NCBI GenBank assembly: GCA_951406725.2
Contig: OX597820.1
Span: 91,140,001-91,204,000 of the forward strand
From: Octopus vulgaris
Taxonomy: Eukaryota
DNA length: 64,000 nucleotides
Reading direction: 5' to 3'
Below are positions 37,212 to 49,124 of the stretch, one piece after another. The notes under the pieces were generated by a model, which worked only from the letters and a program-made list of their open reading frames with translations, searched no databases and had not been told where the DNA came from. The position numbers were made by a program, and so were the translations under genes. How positions within the stretch are numbered: position 1 is the first letter of the stretch; every line of letters starts with the position of its first letter.

Positions 37212-37585
37212 AGGAGCATGGCTGTGAGGTAAGTAGCTTGCTTACAAACCACATGGTTCCGGGTACAGTCCTTCTGCGTGGTACCTTGGGCAAGTGTCTT
37301 CTACTATAGCCTCGGGCCAACCAAAGCCTTGTGAGTGGATTTGGTAGATGGAAACTGAAAGAAGCCCATCATATATATATTTATTTATATATATGTTTGT
37401 GTGTGTGTATGTTTGTGTGTCTGTGTTTGTCCCCCCAACATCGCTTGACAACTGATGCTGGTGTGTTTACGTCCCCGTAACTTAGTTACGATAGAATAAG
37501 TACTGGGCTTACAAATAATAAGTTGCTCAACTAAAGGAGGTGCTCCAGCATGGCCACAGTCAAATGACTGAAACAAGTAAAAGAG
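37212..37585 (+). mobile_element. tRNA-derived SINE family A
   Basis: Complete head, body and tail, as in 12976-13367. Confidence 0.9.
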
Positions 37586-39092
37586 AGTATATACTCTATT
37601 TCTTGTATCATACAGACACACACACATATACAGATACACAAATATGTATGTGTATATGTACATGAATAAAATCTAAAACAAGGCATGCTCAACATTGAAA
37701 TGGTGGAAAATAAATACATTAATAAAATTTGATTCAACAACTGAGCACCAACGTTTTCATATAGGTTGAATCAGCTGGTGATTATGTAGTTGTAGAGCAT
37801 AACTGACAATCTTCCATCATAGCTGGTGAGATTATGATGTAAGATCATGGATGAGATCAAATTATAAAGTCAGAAATTCGAGAAAAGGATAGCATACATA
37901 GGTGTTAATTCTGGGAGGTGAACTTTCTTGGATGGAGATTGCTTTGGTTTTTATCTTATGTCATAATAAGAATGTCAAATGGGATAAGATGAACCAAGAA
38001 AAAATAAAGTATATTGAAAAGATATAGTTTATGTATGTGTGTGTGTGTGTGTGCATGTGTGTGTGTGTGCGTGAGAGAGAGTGTTCCTTACATTTACAAA
38101 ATGAAATTTCAGTATACCATAGGAAAACTCACAGGTATTAAACTTATATTCTGTTTAGCTCTACTTAAATATCATTGAAAGCAGAGACAAACACCTGTGC
38201 AGTAATTTATATACATGCGTGTGTGTATATATATTCATATCAAGGTATAAACTCATACATATACATGTGTGTATATATATATATTTACATATATTTATAT
38301 ATATATATGTACGTTTACATATATAAATATATACATATACATAAATATGTGTGAGTGTATTTGTATATATATATAAATATATATATATATTTATATATTT
38401 TTCTTCTAAAAAATACTTAAGGCCTAACATATTAAAAAAATTTTAGATGATGAGGAAATTTTTATATTTTCTTTGAACCTGTTGAATTTAGAAGATTTGC
38501 ACAGTATGCTCCACACTATAGGTGGAAATAGTCTGATTAGGAATATTAATCTCTCAAATATGTAAGTGTTTACATTTAGCTGTGCAGTGATATATTAAAT
38601 TTTTATTGTAATTTCTATATAAATTATCTATCTGAAAATTTTCAACTTAGTTCTTAGTTGTTGTCAATATATATAAAAATTATGTTGAAGACAACTGTGA
38701 ATTTTAAAAGTATTGAAACTCTAAAGATAAGATTCTAGCTGTAACAGATAACTCGAATTTTATAATCTCTTTAGCAAATATCACACCTGCCCATGGGAAG
38801 TGTCTGCAATTCTGACAACTATTCTATGCTACGGTTTTTCCTTATTTATAGCAAATTACTTTCTATCTTTTATCATTTCCACAGACAAGCCGATATATAA
38901 ACTGACTGCTTGGAATGAGAGAGAAACTGTTGAAATATAAATCTGTTTACACTGGAACAATGTTATATCAGCAATATCTCTGTATGGAACATGATTTTTA
39001 AAATAGATTATTTGTATTTCAACAATTTGAATACACACTCCCTTGCTCCTGCCAAACACACACATACACACACGTATATATATATTTATATA

Positions 39093-39139
<47 letters not shown>

Positions 39140-39512
39140 TTGTAAATGTGTGTGTGTGAGTGTGTATAAGTATATAATTTTACAGGAAAATATACATATA
39201 TACATACACACACATGCACAGACAAATATATACAATCAAGAAATTTAGCCAAACTTATTTACAACACAGGACATAGATTAAAAAGCATTGGTTGGTAAGT
39301 TAAATGCTGCTTCTTTAAATTTATGAATGTCTAGAGGTATATATATGTAGAAACACTGCCAGATCTGACTGGGCCTGATGAAGCCTTCTGGCTTCACAGA
39401 CCCCAGTTGAACCGTCCAACCCATGCTAGCATGGAAAACGGACGCTAAACGATGATGATGATGATGTGTATATATATATATATACATAAATCTCTCTCTC
39501 TCTCTCTCTCTC

Positions 39513-39559
<47 letters not shown>

Positions 39560-39656
39560 TAACAATGAAGGGTGAAATTAATTAATTTGGAATAATTATC
39601 AATTACACCAAGTAGTCTTCGGCATGTAAAAGCCTCATTCGAGGAAAATTTAAGTA

Positions 39657-40024
39657 ATACTAAGCAATTAAGGGTTTAGCAACGAATTGCCTTACCGCAC
39701 AGCAAATTTAGAAATAGCAGTCAAAGAGATTATAGCTATTTCTACTACTAAAGGGAGATCTCAGTAAAAACTCAGCATTTGAAAGGCAAACACAAACAGG
39801 TAAGAGAATGAATTGACGGCAATCTATCATACAGTTTTAAAACTGTATGATAGATTGCCGTCAATTCATTCTCTCTTACCTGTTTGTGTTTGCCTTTCAA
39901 ATGCTGAGTTTTTACTGAGATCTCCCTTTTAGTAGTAGAAATAGCTATAATCTCTTTGACTGCTATTTCTAAATTCGGTGTGCGGTTAAGGCAATTCGTT
40001 GCTAAACCCTTAATTGCTTAGTAT
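39657..40024. repeat. Spacerless ~370-bp near-perfect palindrome
   Basis: Centre CAGTTTT|AAAACTG at 39838/39839. Arms of about 182 and 186 bp with only a few indels or mismatches; (TA)n on both sides of the element. Confidence 0.95.
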
Positions 40025-40161
40025 ATATATATATATATATATATATAGGCATGCATATCTAACATACATGTATAAACATGTATATATGCATACATTATAT
40101 AAACACGTACATATATGTATAGATAGATAGATAAAAAGACAGACAGACAGAGAGGCATGCA

Positions 40162-41350
40162 TATGGTTTCCCAGCCATCCGCTTCAAAGCGTGTAAGCAT
40201 GCCCTGGCAAAACCCCTCAAGATTCTCTTCCAGAGCTTTCTTGCGAATGGCTAACTGCCAAGCAAGCTGAAGGAGGGAATAATATGCCCAATACATAAAT
40301 GGGGAAGTAGAGCAGATGCCAGAAACTATAGGCCTATCTCTCTGACTTCACACATCAGCAAAGTCATGGAAAGGATAGTCAGAAAGAAACTAATCGCATT
40401 CCTTGAGGAAAATAACTTGCTGAGTGATACCCAGCATGGTTTTCAACCAGGTAGGAACTGCCTGACCCAGCTCTTACAACATTATGACTGGGTGTTGAGG
40501 CAGTTACTCAACAAATCAAATGTGGACGTAATCTACCTTGATTTTGCAAAAGCTTTTGACAAGGTGGATCATGGTATGATATGCCACAAACTGCGTGACC
40601 TCAGCATAGCTGGAAAACTTGGAGTGTGGTTAAAGTGCACATTACCAGGATGGCGACAAAATGCAGACGACTGGCTGGGTGGATTCTAAGAACATTCAGA
40701 ACCAGAGATAAGGAAACCATGATGGTCCTCTGGCGGACATTCGTCCTCAGCCACCTGGATTACTGCTCACAGCTATGGTCACCCACCAGTGTAAAATTAA
40801 CAGCAGACCTTGAAGCAATCCAGAGAAGAGTCACAAAGAAGATCATCCCTTTGCAACAGCTCAGCTACTGGGAAAGGTTGAAACAGCTGAGACTCTACTC
40901 CCTGGAGAGAAGACGGGAGAGGTATGCAGTAATATATGGCTGGAAGATCCTGGAAGGAATTGTGCCAAATTTTGGCATTGTATGCTACACCAATGCTAGA
41001 ATGGGATGACACTGCATAGTGCCAAAGATCCCAGCAATGCCATCACGCTTCAGGACCAGCTTCTGCAACAGCCTGGGTTTCAAAGGCCCACAGCTTTTTA
41101 ATATTCTCCCAAAGAGTCTGAGGAACTTGCACAAAGTAGATGTAGCGGTTTTTAAATCAAAGCTGGACATCTTCCTGTCAAGAGTCCCAGATGAACCTAC
41201 CTCACGGCAAGAGGTGCAAATGAGAGTAGCTATATCAAACTCCATTCTTCACCAAGTGTCACATATTAGACGAGGTTCGTCATAATAACAGTGTAGCACA
41301 AAACAGCGGTGCATCAGCATGGCTGCAGCTCTGAGCTGAAACTAGAAAAA
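40162..41350 (+). mobile_element. CR1-clade LINE, 5'-truncated with internal RT deletion
   Basis: Motifs PIHK.GSRADARNYRPISLTSHISKVMERIV, QHGF.PGR.CLTQL, DVIYLDFAKAFDKV.H, LDYCSQLWSP, LEAIQRR.TK.I and LSYWERLKQLRLYSLERRR. The GVPQGS and YADD core is absent at the junction near 40632. Confidence 0.9.
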
Positions 41351-41470
41351 TATATTTATATATATATAACATTTGTTGTCCTCTTTAACAATTATATGTA
41401 TATATATGTATAATTGTTAGCGAGGACAACAAATAAAGGTCATATACATTATCATTGGAAAAATGTCAAA

Positions 41471-41527
41471 TTCTTACAGCTGTTTCTGGGATATCCCAGA
41501 TTATGGGATATTCCATCATCAGAGACA
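41471..41527 (-). ncRNA. Type I hammerhead ribozyme motif with intact core
   Basis: Minus strand: GTCT-CTGATGA-TGGAATATCCCA(TAATC)TGGGATATCCCA-GAAA-CAGCTG-TA-AGAA. Palindromic stem III ACAGCTGT, triplet GTA. Confidence 0.75.
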
Positions 41528-41825
41528 AATTTGGAAAATGCAAAGGGTATAGATTAATGAACTGATGGCACAGAGGACAGGAGTAAAGGAAGAGCAGTAA
41601 AAAGAAGCATAAAAGTTCACAGTTCAACTTTTTTATCTTGTAGAACTAAGTCCATAAGTCCTGAGGTGTAATCCTGCCTAAATCCATGGAACTTTTATGC
41701 TGACCCTTTTGCTACTTTTTCCTTCTCTTCCTTCATCTCCTTTACTCCTGTCCTATACTCTTCCTTTACTCCTTTCCTATATGTCTTCATTTCATTAATC
41801 TATACCCTTCTCATTTTTCGTATTT

Positions 41826-41881
41826 GTCTCTGATGACAGAATATCTCATACTCTGGTATATCCCAAAAACAGCTGTAAGAC
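41826..41881 (+). ncRNA. Degenerate hammerhead motif (mirror copy)
   Basis: GTCT-CTGATGA-...-AAAA(GAAA mutated)-CAGCTGTA-AGAC. Confidence 0.5.
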
Positions 41882-42129
41882 TTGATTTTTTTTTCAAATA
41901 ATAATAATGTATATGACTTGAGATGTTTACCTTGCCTTTATGTTTGTTGTGCTATTTAACAATTGTATATCCATTATATTGGACATCTGCAATGGCTCCA
42001 TAACTGCTGTCTCGGCTGTATTCTTGGAGCCCTTGTAGTCCATTACAGCACTTACCTAGTATAACTAATTACTTAGAAAACCTGTGAACTAAACTCCCAT
42101 ATTTTATATATAGATATGGACAAATAGAC

Positions 42130-42234
<105 letters not shown>

Positions 42235-42256
42235 CAAATATATGTATATATATAAA

Positions 42257-42492
42257 CAGGGTTGGCCAAAAGTCACTTGGCAGTAAATCAAAACCATTTA
42301 ATTCCTAGATTAAAACAAAAAATTATTTTATATGACATTTTGCTAATAAATAGACAAATGTTGAAATAAACGGTGATTTCAACTTGCAGCATTCAATTAT
42401 TGAACATTCATAATTGGAATGAATAAATAAAATTGAATATTAATTATTTATGGAATTTTGATTTACTATTGGGTGACTTTTGGCCATCCCTG
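42257..42492. mobile_element. Tc1/mariner-type MITE
   Basis: TIRs CAGGGTTGGCCAAAAGTCAC..GTAAATCAAAA / TTTTGATTTAC..GTGACTTTTGGCCATCCCTG, with TA on the right. Confidence 0.8.
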
Positions 42493-43452
42493 TATATGTA
42501 TGTGTGTGTGTGGGAGCAAACATGACTGTGTGGTAAGAAGTTTGCTTCCCACCAGTTAGCTCTAGCATCTATCTCTAGCATCTCAATGTATCCAGCAGTA
42601 GTAATTTTAAGACCCTATGGAAAGATGTGAATTGACATAACACAACCTTCATTCCAGACCACATCAAAAATCATCATATATGCCAGAAACTTAGCATTAA
42701 CCACACTGGGGATATTGGGAGGATGTGCATATAACCATGTGTCATTCCTCCTTTTAAACATTTGAACAAGGTCAAAGGTTTTCTCCTCAGCAAAAGACCA
42801 AATCTTGCCATGTTCATGATGTGTTTTAACCTTGTTAAATAACTCCCTGTCATTGAATGGTCTTCCTGTATGAATTGGCTTCTCCTCAGTACATACAACT
42901 TATATCAAATGCACTAATGCTCATCTTTACTCAGATCTTCAGTTCTTAGTCTCCACTCATGTTTCACTTTTAATGCCCTTTATTTCATGGAACATCATTC
43001 TGACCACATTTTGTGAAAAAATCAAATAAAGATTTTTAACAACTTTCCAAAGATTTTTCACACCTTTCATTTATTTATTCTTATATTCTCTCTACATTTG
43101 TTTGTGCATATATGCATATGTCAATTCATCCGTCTGTCTGTCCCTCTATTTGTCCATTTATCCACCTGTTTGTCCATCCAACCATCCATCTATCCATCCA
43201 TCCAGCTAGCTAGCTCTAATGTTTAGATGCTTAAGTACAAAATTGAAATATCACATGGTGTATGAGTATGTGTGCATGTTTGAGTGTGTCACATTAAAAG
43301 CAGAAGAGGAAATATATTTTATCCCCCCCCCCAAAAAAAAATGGCAGTATATATATTGTATACACACACACACACATACATGCACACACAGCACACACAC
43401 ATGCAACACACAGCACACACACTCACACAAACACACACAGATACACACACAC

Positions 43453-43484
<32 letters not shown>

Positions 43485-44658
43485 GCATATGTGTATAAGG
43501 AAATATAGTTAAAAATATCAAAAGTAATCCAAAAGAAAAGTAAAAGAGCAATACATGTAAGGCATGTAATGAGGTAAAGATAATGATCATCAGATGTAGA
43601 GAGATGAAATTAATGATAAAAATTCCTTTTTAAACAGGACTCCAGTGAACGTTAAGATGTTGTACTCCTCCTTTACATCAATTTCTATAATATCTTCTCA
43701 AAATAAATAACAGGCAAATCAATTATATTTTCAATGAATTTACAATTCTACAGCTGAAGAAATAAACTACTTAGTAAAATCTTCAACTTTCTTAACTGCA
43801 CTCAACTTGGAAATAAATATCTCTCTATGGTAGAGCAAAACACATCTCCATTCCACGTTTCAGTTGCTCACATCAGATTCAGAAATTTTGTTTAATTCTT
43901 TTTTTTTCTATGGTAGTTCTAGTTATTTTATAGCTTAATTATACTGAATTTTACATACAAACTTTATCATTCAATTATATAAAATATTCTTTTTTAATGC
44001 TTTACTTATAATTCATTTCCCTCTGCTTTTAAATCTACTTACATTTAGTTATAGGACCTGTAAAGAAAAAACACAAAAACCCTTATTTTCCAGAAATTGC
44101 TAATTGAAATGATTTTCTTTAAATTTTTTCTTAATCAAAGAAATTTTAAGCTCTTCTATTTTTCAATTTTTTTCCTTTATCTACCATGTTTACATGTTTT
44201 ATGACGCTATTTCGGCTTCATGGTTTCCATTCCTCATTAAATTATGGTGATAAACTCGTTTTAATGTTGTGTAATTTATTAGTGGCAAAAAATGTCTGCA
44301 AAACCAAACAAATAGATGTTTTCTATTGTATTCTATTGTGCTATACTTTTTGAAACAAAGCATCACATTCTAGCATGATGTTTAGCTCCCCCACTAATTG
44401 CAGGTGATGTAGGGTAGAGGAAACATTTTCAGTCTTTGTATAAACAACCTTTCTAGCACTTCTAGCTCAGTAAAATGTGCCCAATTAAATCTTGGTAATA
44501 TACAGGGCTTCTAACAGTAAAAATCATGCCTATTACCTATCAAAAAATAAATAGAATCAATAGAAACTCTATGAGAATCAGAGGAGACTTTTATTGTCTA
44601 GATGAGCAGCAACTATGAACAAAATTTATGAAACTAAGTAGAGAAGAGGAGTAGTTCT

Positions 44659-44888
44659 TATTTCTTTACTGCCCACAAGGGGCTACACACAGAGAGGACA
44701 AACAAGGACAGACAAATGAATTAAATCGATTATATCGACCCCAGTGTGTAACTGGTACTTATTTAATCGACCCCGAAAGGATGAAAGGCAAAGTCGGCCT
44801 TGGCAGAATTTGAACTCAGAACGTAGCGACAGACAAAATACCGCTAAGCATTTCGCCTGGTGTGCTAACGTTTCTGCCAGCTCGCCAC
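44659..44888 (-). mobile_element. tRNA-derived SINE family B
   Basis: Full-length copy with TSD GAAGAG(G/T)AGTAGTTCT on both sides. Confidence 0.9.
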
Positions 44889-45107
44889 TGAAGAGTAGTA
44901 GTTCTGCTGTAGACATTCTCCTAAGACTTTTTTCATGATAAAATGCTCCTCAATCCATGCTCTGTAAAGGGCTGATGATAGTAAAGGCACTCAGAGGTAA
45001 AAATTAAATCCAAAATATGATATAGAAAATAAAGAAGGCCAGTTTTCTCTGTTGCTTTGTGTTCTAGATGACATAACCACAATAAGTGACAAGATACAAC
45101 CAACTCA

Positions 45108-45339
45108 AGGTGGTGAACTGGCAGAAAATTAGCATGCCGGGCAAAATGCTTAGCGGTATTTCGTCTGCCGCTATGTTCTGAGTTCAAATTCCACCAAGGT
45201 CGACTTTGCTTTTCATCCTTTTGGGGTCGATTAAATAAGTACCAGTTACACACTGGGGTCGATGTAATTGACTTAATCCCTTTGTCTATCATTGTGTGTC
45301 CCCTCTATGTTTAGTCCATTGTGGGCAATAAAGAAATAC
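45108..45339 (+). mobile_element. tRNA-derived SINE family B
   Basis: Full-length copy with 15-bp TSD GATACAACCAACTCA (45093-45107, 45340-45354). Confidence 0.9.
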
Positions 45340-46625
45340 GATACAACCAACTCATGCCAGTAAATGTAAAATGATAATGATGATGTTGATGATGATGATG
45401 ACGATGCTGATGATGACAGCAATATATAGGGAATGAGGAACCTGTTGTACCTTTGGCTTCCACGTTGCATGGAATTGGATGTATTCTGAGACAGAACTCC
45501 ACACTACAACAAAATTTTCTTTAAAAGATTCCTTAGAATTAGTAGTCTTGAACCTATGTTAGAAAATTATTACTCTGAAATAATTATTATTGAAATGATC
45601 ATATTAATTACGATGATAATGACAATGCTGATGATATACTCATGTCTTGACAGCATGAGCATCAGGATATCTAGCCAGTTTTTCATTTTATATTCTAGCA
45701 TTTCTGTTTTGATCCCCCAACACTCAGTTCACTACTTTTAATTATATTCTTTTGCTTCTCATGTAAACTGCTTCTCAAGTCATACATAAAATAACATATA
45801 AAAATATATTTAATACCTCGTTACAACCATTTTTCATTTTATCATACACATGTATACAGATCATAATTATACACATATATAGAATTACACATATAGAATT
45901 ACAAATTCTATCAGAATCTAGTTAAATCATGACTCAGAGCTCCAAGAACATAACTTGAGAAATGTTAAAAAAAAAAAGGTGTTTTATTTGTTCAATTTGC
46001 AATGAATGTAGACAAGTTCAGTGAAAAACATTCAGACACAATAACAATGTTAAAATATTTTCCTTTTGCAAGATTGAAATTAAAATATGTTATAAGATGA
46101 AGACATAAACGACTGATTGAATTAAGATCGCTAACTGCTTCGAATTTTTCGATTTGGTTCAATTTTTAACAAAATAATAATTCATAAATTGCTATAGCGA
46201 AAATAATAAAATATTGAGAGAAAAATGTTAATTCACGAATTCTAACACAATTTATGATATTTCAAATTTGCACTAAGACGCATGCACCAAGACATTTTGT
46301 TATTAAATATTGAGGTATCCATGACTATTAATCTGAAATGCGAATGTTTCAATCAAATTCTGTAATTTTTTGAGATAGCATGTGTGTAGACTTATTTACA
46401 ATGATTTTTCACATTCTACTATATTGCTTCCCCACATCCATATAAATTGTCAGAGAGAAAGAAATGTACTATTTCCTGTCTGACAAACTATATGAAGTAA
46501 AAGAACATTAAACCTTTGTAGATGATGCCTAGCCAGAGCTCATGTAAGACAATGTTTGTGACAGAAGAGAAAGAGGTTCAGAAAATATGAGATTCTAGAT
46601 CCCATTACATGGCATGTGTCATTTA

Positions 46626-46888
46626 AAAATAAAATAAATGCATCCTTTTAAAGCCTAACAAGGCTCATGGGCCCGGTTTCCCGGTTTCAATGGTGTATGT
46701 GTTCCCCAGCTGGATGGGACACCAGTCCATCGCAGCGTTACTCCTTTTTTGCCAGCTGAGTGGACTGAAACAACATGAAATGAAGTGCTTTGCTCAAGAA
46801 CACAACGCGTTGCCCGGTCCAGGAATTGAAACCACAAGCTTATGATCATGATGCTGACACCCTAACCACTAAGCTATGTGCCACCACA
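46626..46888 (-). mobile_element. tRNA-derived SINE family E
   Basis: Minus-strand head TAGCTTAGTGGTTAGGGTGTC..GGTTTCAATTCC. Tail GAAACCGGGAAACCGG is shared with family D; flanking TGTCATTTA repeat. Confidence 0.8.
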
Positions 46889-46974
46889 TGTCATTTACCA
46901 TAGCAATATATTAATCAAACAATGGAGAGTGACATGTTTATGAAATTTGTTAAACAGAAATAGTATGAAAATCC

Positions 46975-47251
46975 TAGCGCTGCCTCGACTGGCTTCCGTG
47001 TCGGTGGCACGTAAAAAGCACCATCCGAATCGTGGCTGAAGCCAGCCTCGCCTGGCACCAGTGCAGGTGGCACGTAAAAAGCACCCACTACATTCACAGA
47101 GTGGTTGGCGTTAGGAAGGGCATCCAGCTGTAGAAACATTGCCAGATAAGACCGGAGCCTGGTGCAGCCTTCTGGCTTCCCAGATCCCCGGTCGAACCGT
47201 CCAACCCATGCTAGCATGGAGAACGGACGTTAAACGATGGTGATGATGATG
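46975..47251 (+). mobile_element. RTE 3'UTR/tail fragment
   Basis: Repeated GGTGGCACGTAAAAAGCACC, GCGTTAGGAAGGGCATCCAGCTGTAGAAAC, and ACGTTAAACGATGGTGATGATG tail. Confidence 0.8.
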
Positions 47252-47820
47252 TGAAATTTTGGACTAATGGGCACATGTCAATTAGTGTGTTGAAGTGTTG
47301 AGCATAATTTGGGCTACCTGAAGTTATCTGCTGTTGTGGTATATTTCCATTGAATCTACTTCAGGAATTCTAAAGTGTTGGTTGAGATAATGATATAATA
47401 TTAGGTAACCAGAAAATGAGTTTGGTATTAGTCTTTATTTCGACCTATCCTGCTATTGTCCATTTTGGGTGGAACTCCATCCAACATATTGTGCTGCATC
47501 TATTTTGCAGTTGGGGGTCACATCAGGTACATCCATACATAAAGTGGTGTCTCAGTAAATATTCTGAGTTTAGGTGGTCATGTTATATGCCTATGTATGT
47601 ACATGTGTGTATATGCCTATGTACATCCCAACCTAGATTAGCAAGTATACCAACCTTTCGCCCTCTAGACACTTTAGTCTGCATATATATCTTTACTTTT
47701 TTCTTTTCTCTTCCTTTTTCTAGTACCATTCCTTTGTCTTAAACCTAATATAGCTTAATCCTTCTTTTGTCCATCTCCTATTCACTTCCTCTGCAAAAAA
47801 TGTTTTCTTTCTTTTTCTTT

Positions 47821-47961
47821 CAGTTCTATATTTAAGAGATGAGGAATTATATACATTATTTACATTCGATAGATATTTGTCCTCATCTTGTTTGTTGTTG
47901 ACACAACGTTGTTGTTAACAACAAACAAGATGAGAGCAAACATCCATCAAATGTAAATAAT
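47821..47961. repeat. Fold-back remnant of the 10960-11248 family
   Basis: Inverted arms 47855-47907 / 47908-47961, centred on AACGTT. Confidence 0.75.
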
Positions 47962-48559
47962 TTTTTTCTTTGCTTTTTATCTACACTTATTTATTTATAT
48001 TTACAAATGTTTACCACTTACGTTAGGAAAAGTTAATAGTAATGTATATTTGTATACTCAAACATATTGTTGTATGTCTAGGCATGTGCATATGCACTTA
48101 TATGCAAAACTTTTGAAATACATTACACATTTTTATTGTTCCATTGATGACCTATATCTGTAAGTCTTCTAATTATCTTTCTCATTCCAAGTTTTGAGAA
48201 TCCAAACTTTTAAAGTTTGGTCCTGAGGCAGTTGGTTACATATATACAAGTAACCCTGTAATTACATGTATAAATCTCAACTTATAGTCATAATGGAGTA
48301 TCTATAAGTTTCTCAGTAGCTCAGCACCTTCACTAATCTTTAAATAATATTGACATCTGATTGTGTGTGCATTTCCCCTACTGCACATAGTTTCTCTTAT
48401 ATCTCCCTAATCACTATGACTGGTTTAACATATTTGCAATTTATTGAGGTTTCCGCAAGGATATTGCATTAGTACTCATTTATGTTATGAACAATGAAAG
48501 TCTCTATTGTAGTCTATATATGTCATATAATCACCCTAAATAAAAATGTCTGAATATTA

Positions 48560-49124
48560 TTGGGTTACCTGGAAATTTCGTGCTGATTTATAGTAGCTTA
48601 CCTTTCGACTTATTTTAGAACATGGTTGAGTCCATAAAATAGGATTTGACTACACCTCCATTTAGAGCACAGTTTAAGCTATCTTTTTGTGGAAGAAGGT
48701 TTATGTTCCTATAACCTGTGTTAATTTTGTAACCCTTTAAAATGGAAGATAAGAAAGTTCATTTTCGGCACTTGATGCTTTGGGAACCAAACAAAAATTG
48801 ATGCAGTTTGGCTGGGATGTGTTACTCCACCCTCCATATTCACCAGATATTGCTCCTTTGGATTTCCACTTATTCAGGTCTCTGCAGAATAGTCTTAATG
48901 GTAAAACTTTCAATTCCTTGGATGACGTAAAAAAATACCTTGATGAATTATTTGCCATGAAACCACCTCAGTTCTGGGAAGAGGGTATTTTCAAGTTAAA
49001 GGAAAGATGGAGACGCATTGTGCAACGAAATGGTTCATATTTGGTTAATTAAAAATGTAATGGCAAATATTTATTGACCTTTTTCTTTCCTTAAACATCG
49101 ACATGAACTTTCTGGACAACCCAG
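48560..49124 (+). mobile_element. Internally deleted mariner element (DD34D family)
   Basis: TIRs TTGGGTTACCTGGAAATTTCGTG / CATGAACTTTCTGGACAACCCAG with TA flanks. Confidence 0.9.
48742..49052 (+). pseudogene. Mariner transposase remnant (N-terminal 13 aa fused out of frame to C-terminal ~90 aa)
   Basis: MEDKKVHFRHLML, then GWDVLLHPPYSPDIAPLDFHLFRSLQNSL...EEGIFKLKERWRRIV..NGSY*. The YSPDLAP.D motif is diagnostic of mariner. Confidence 0.9.

Larger units (their letters stand above)
41405..42103. mobile_element. Penelope-like fold-back element with mirror-image hammerhead motifs
   Basis: Diverged inverted arms about 41408-41618 / 41689-41970, flanked by (TA)n. The hammerhead region is homologous to the 9892 element. 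Confidence 0.7.

Noticed and set aside
41640-41700. Possible GIY-YIG C-terminal remnant (WI...LRTYGLS, minus strand) in the hairpin spacer
   Set aside because: Too short, contains a stop codon, and the similarity is not distinguishable from chance by eye.
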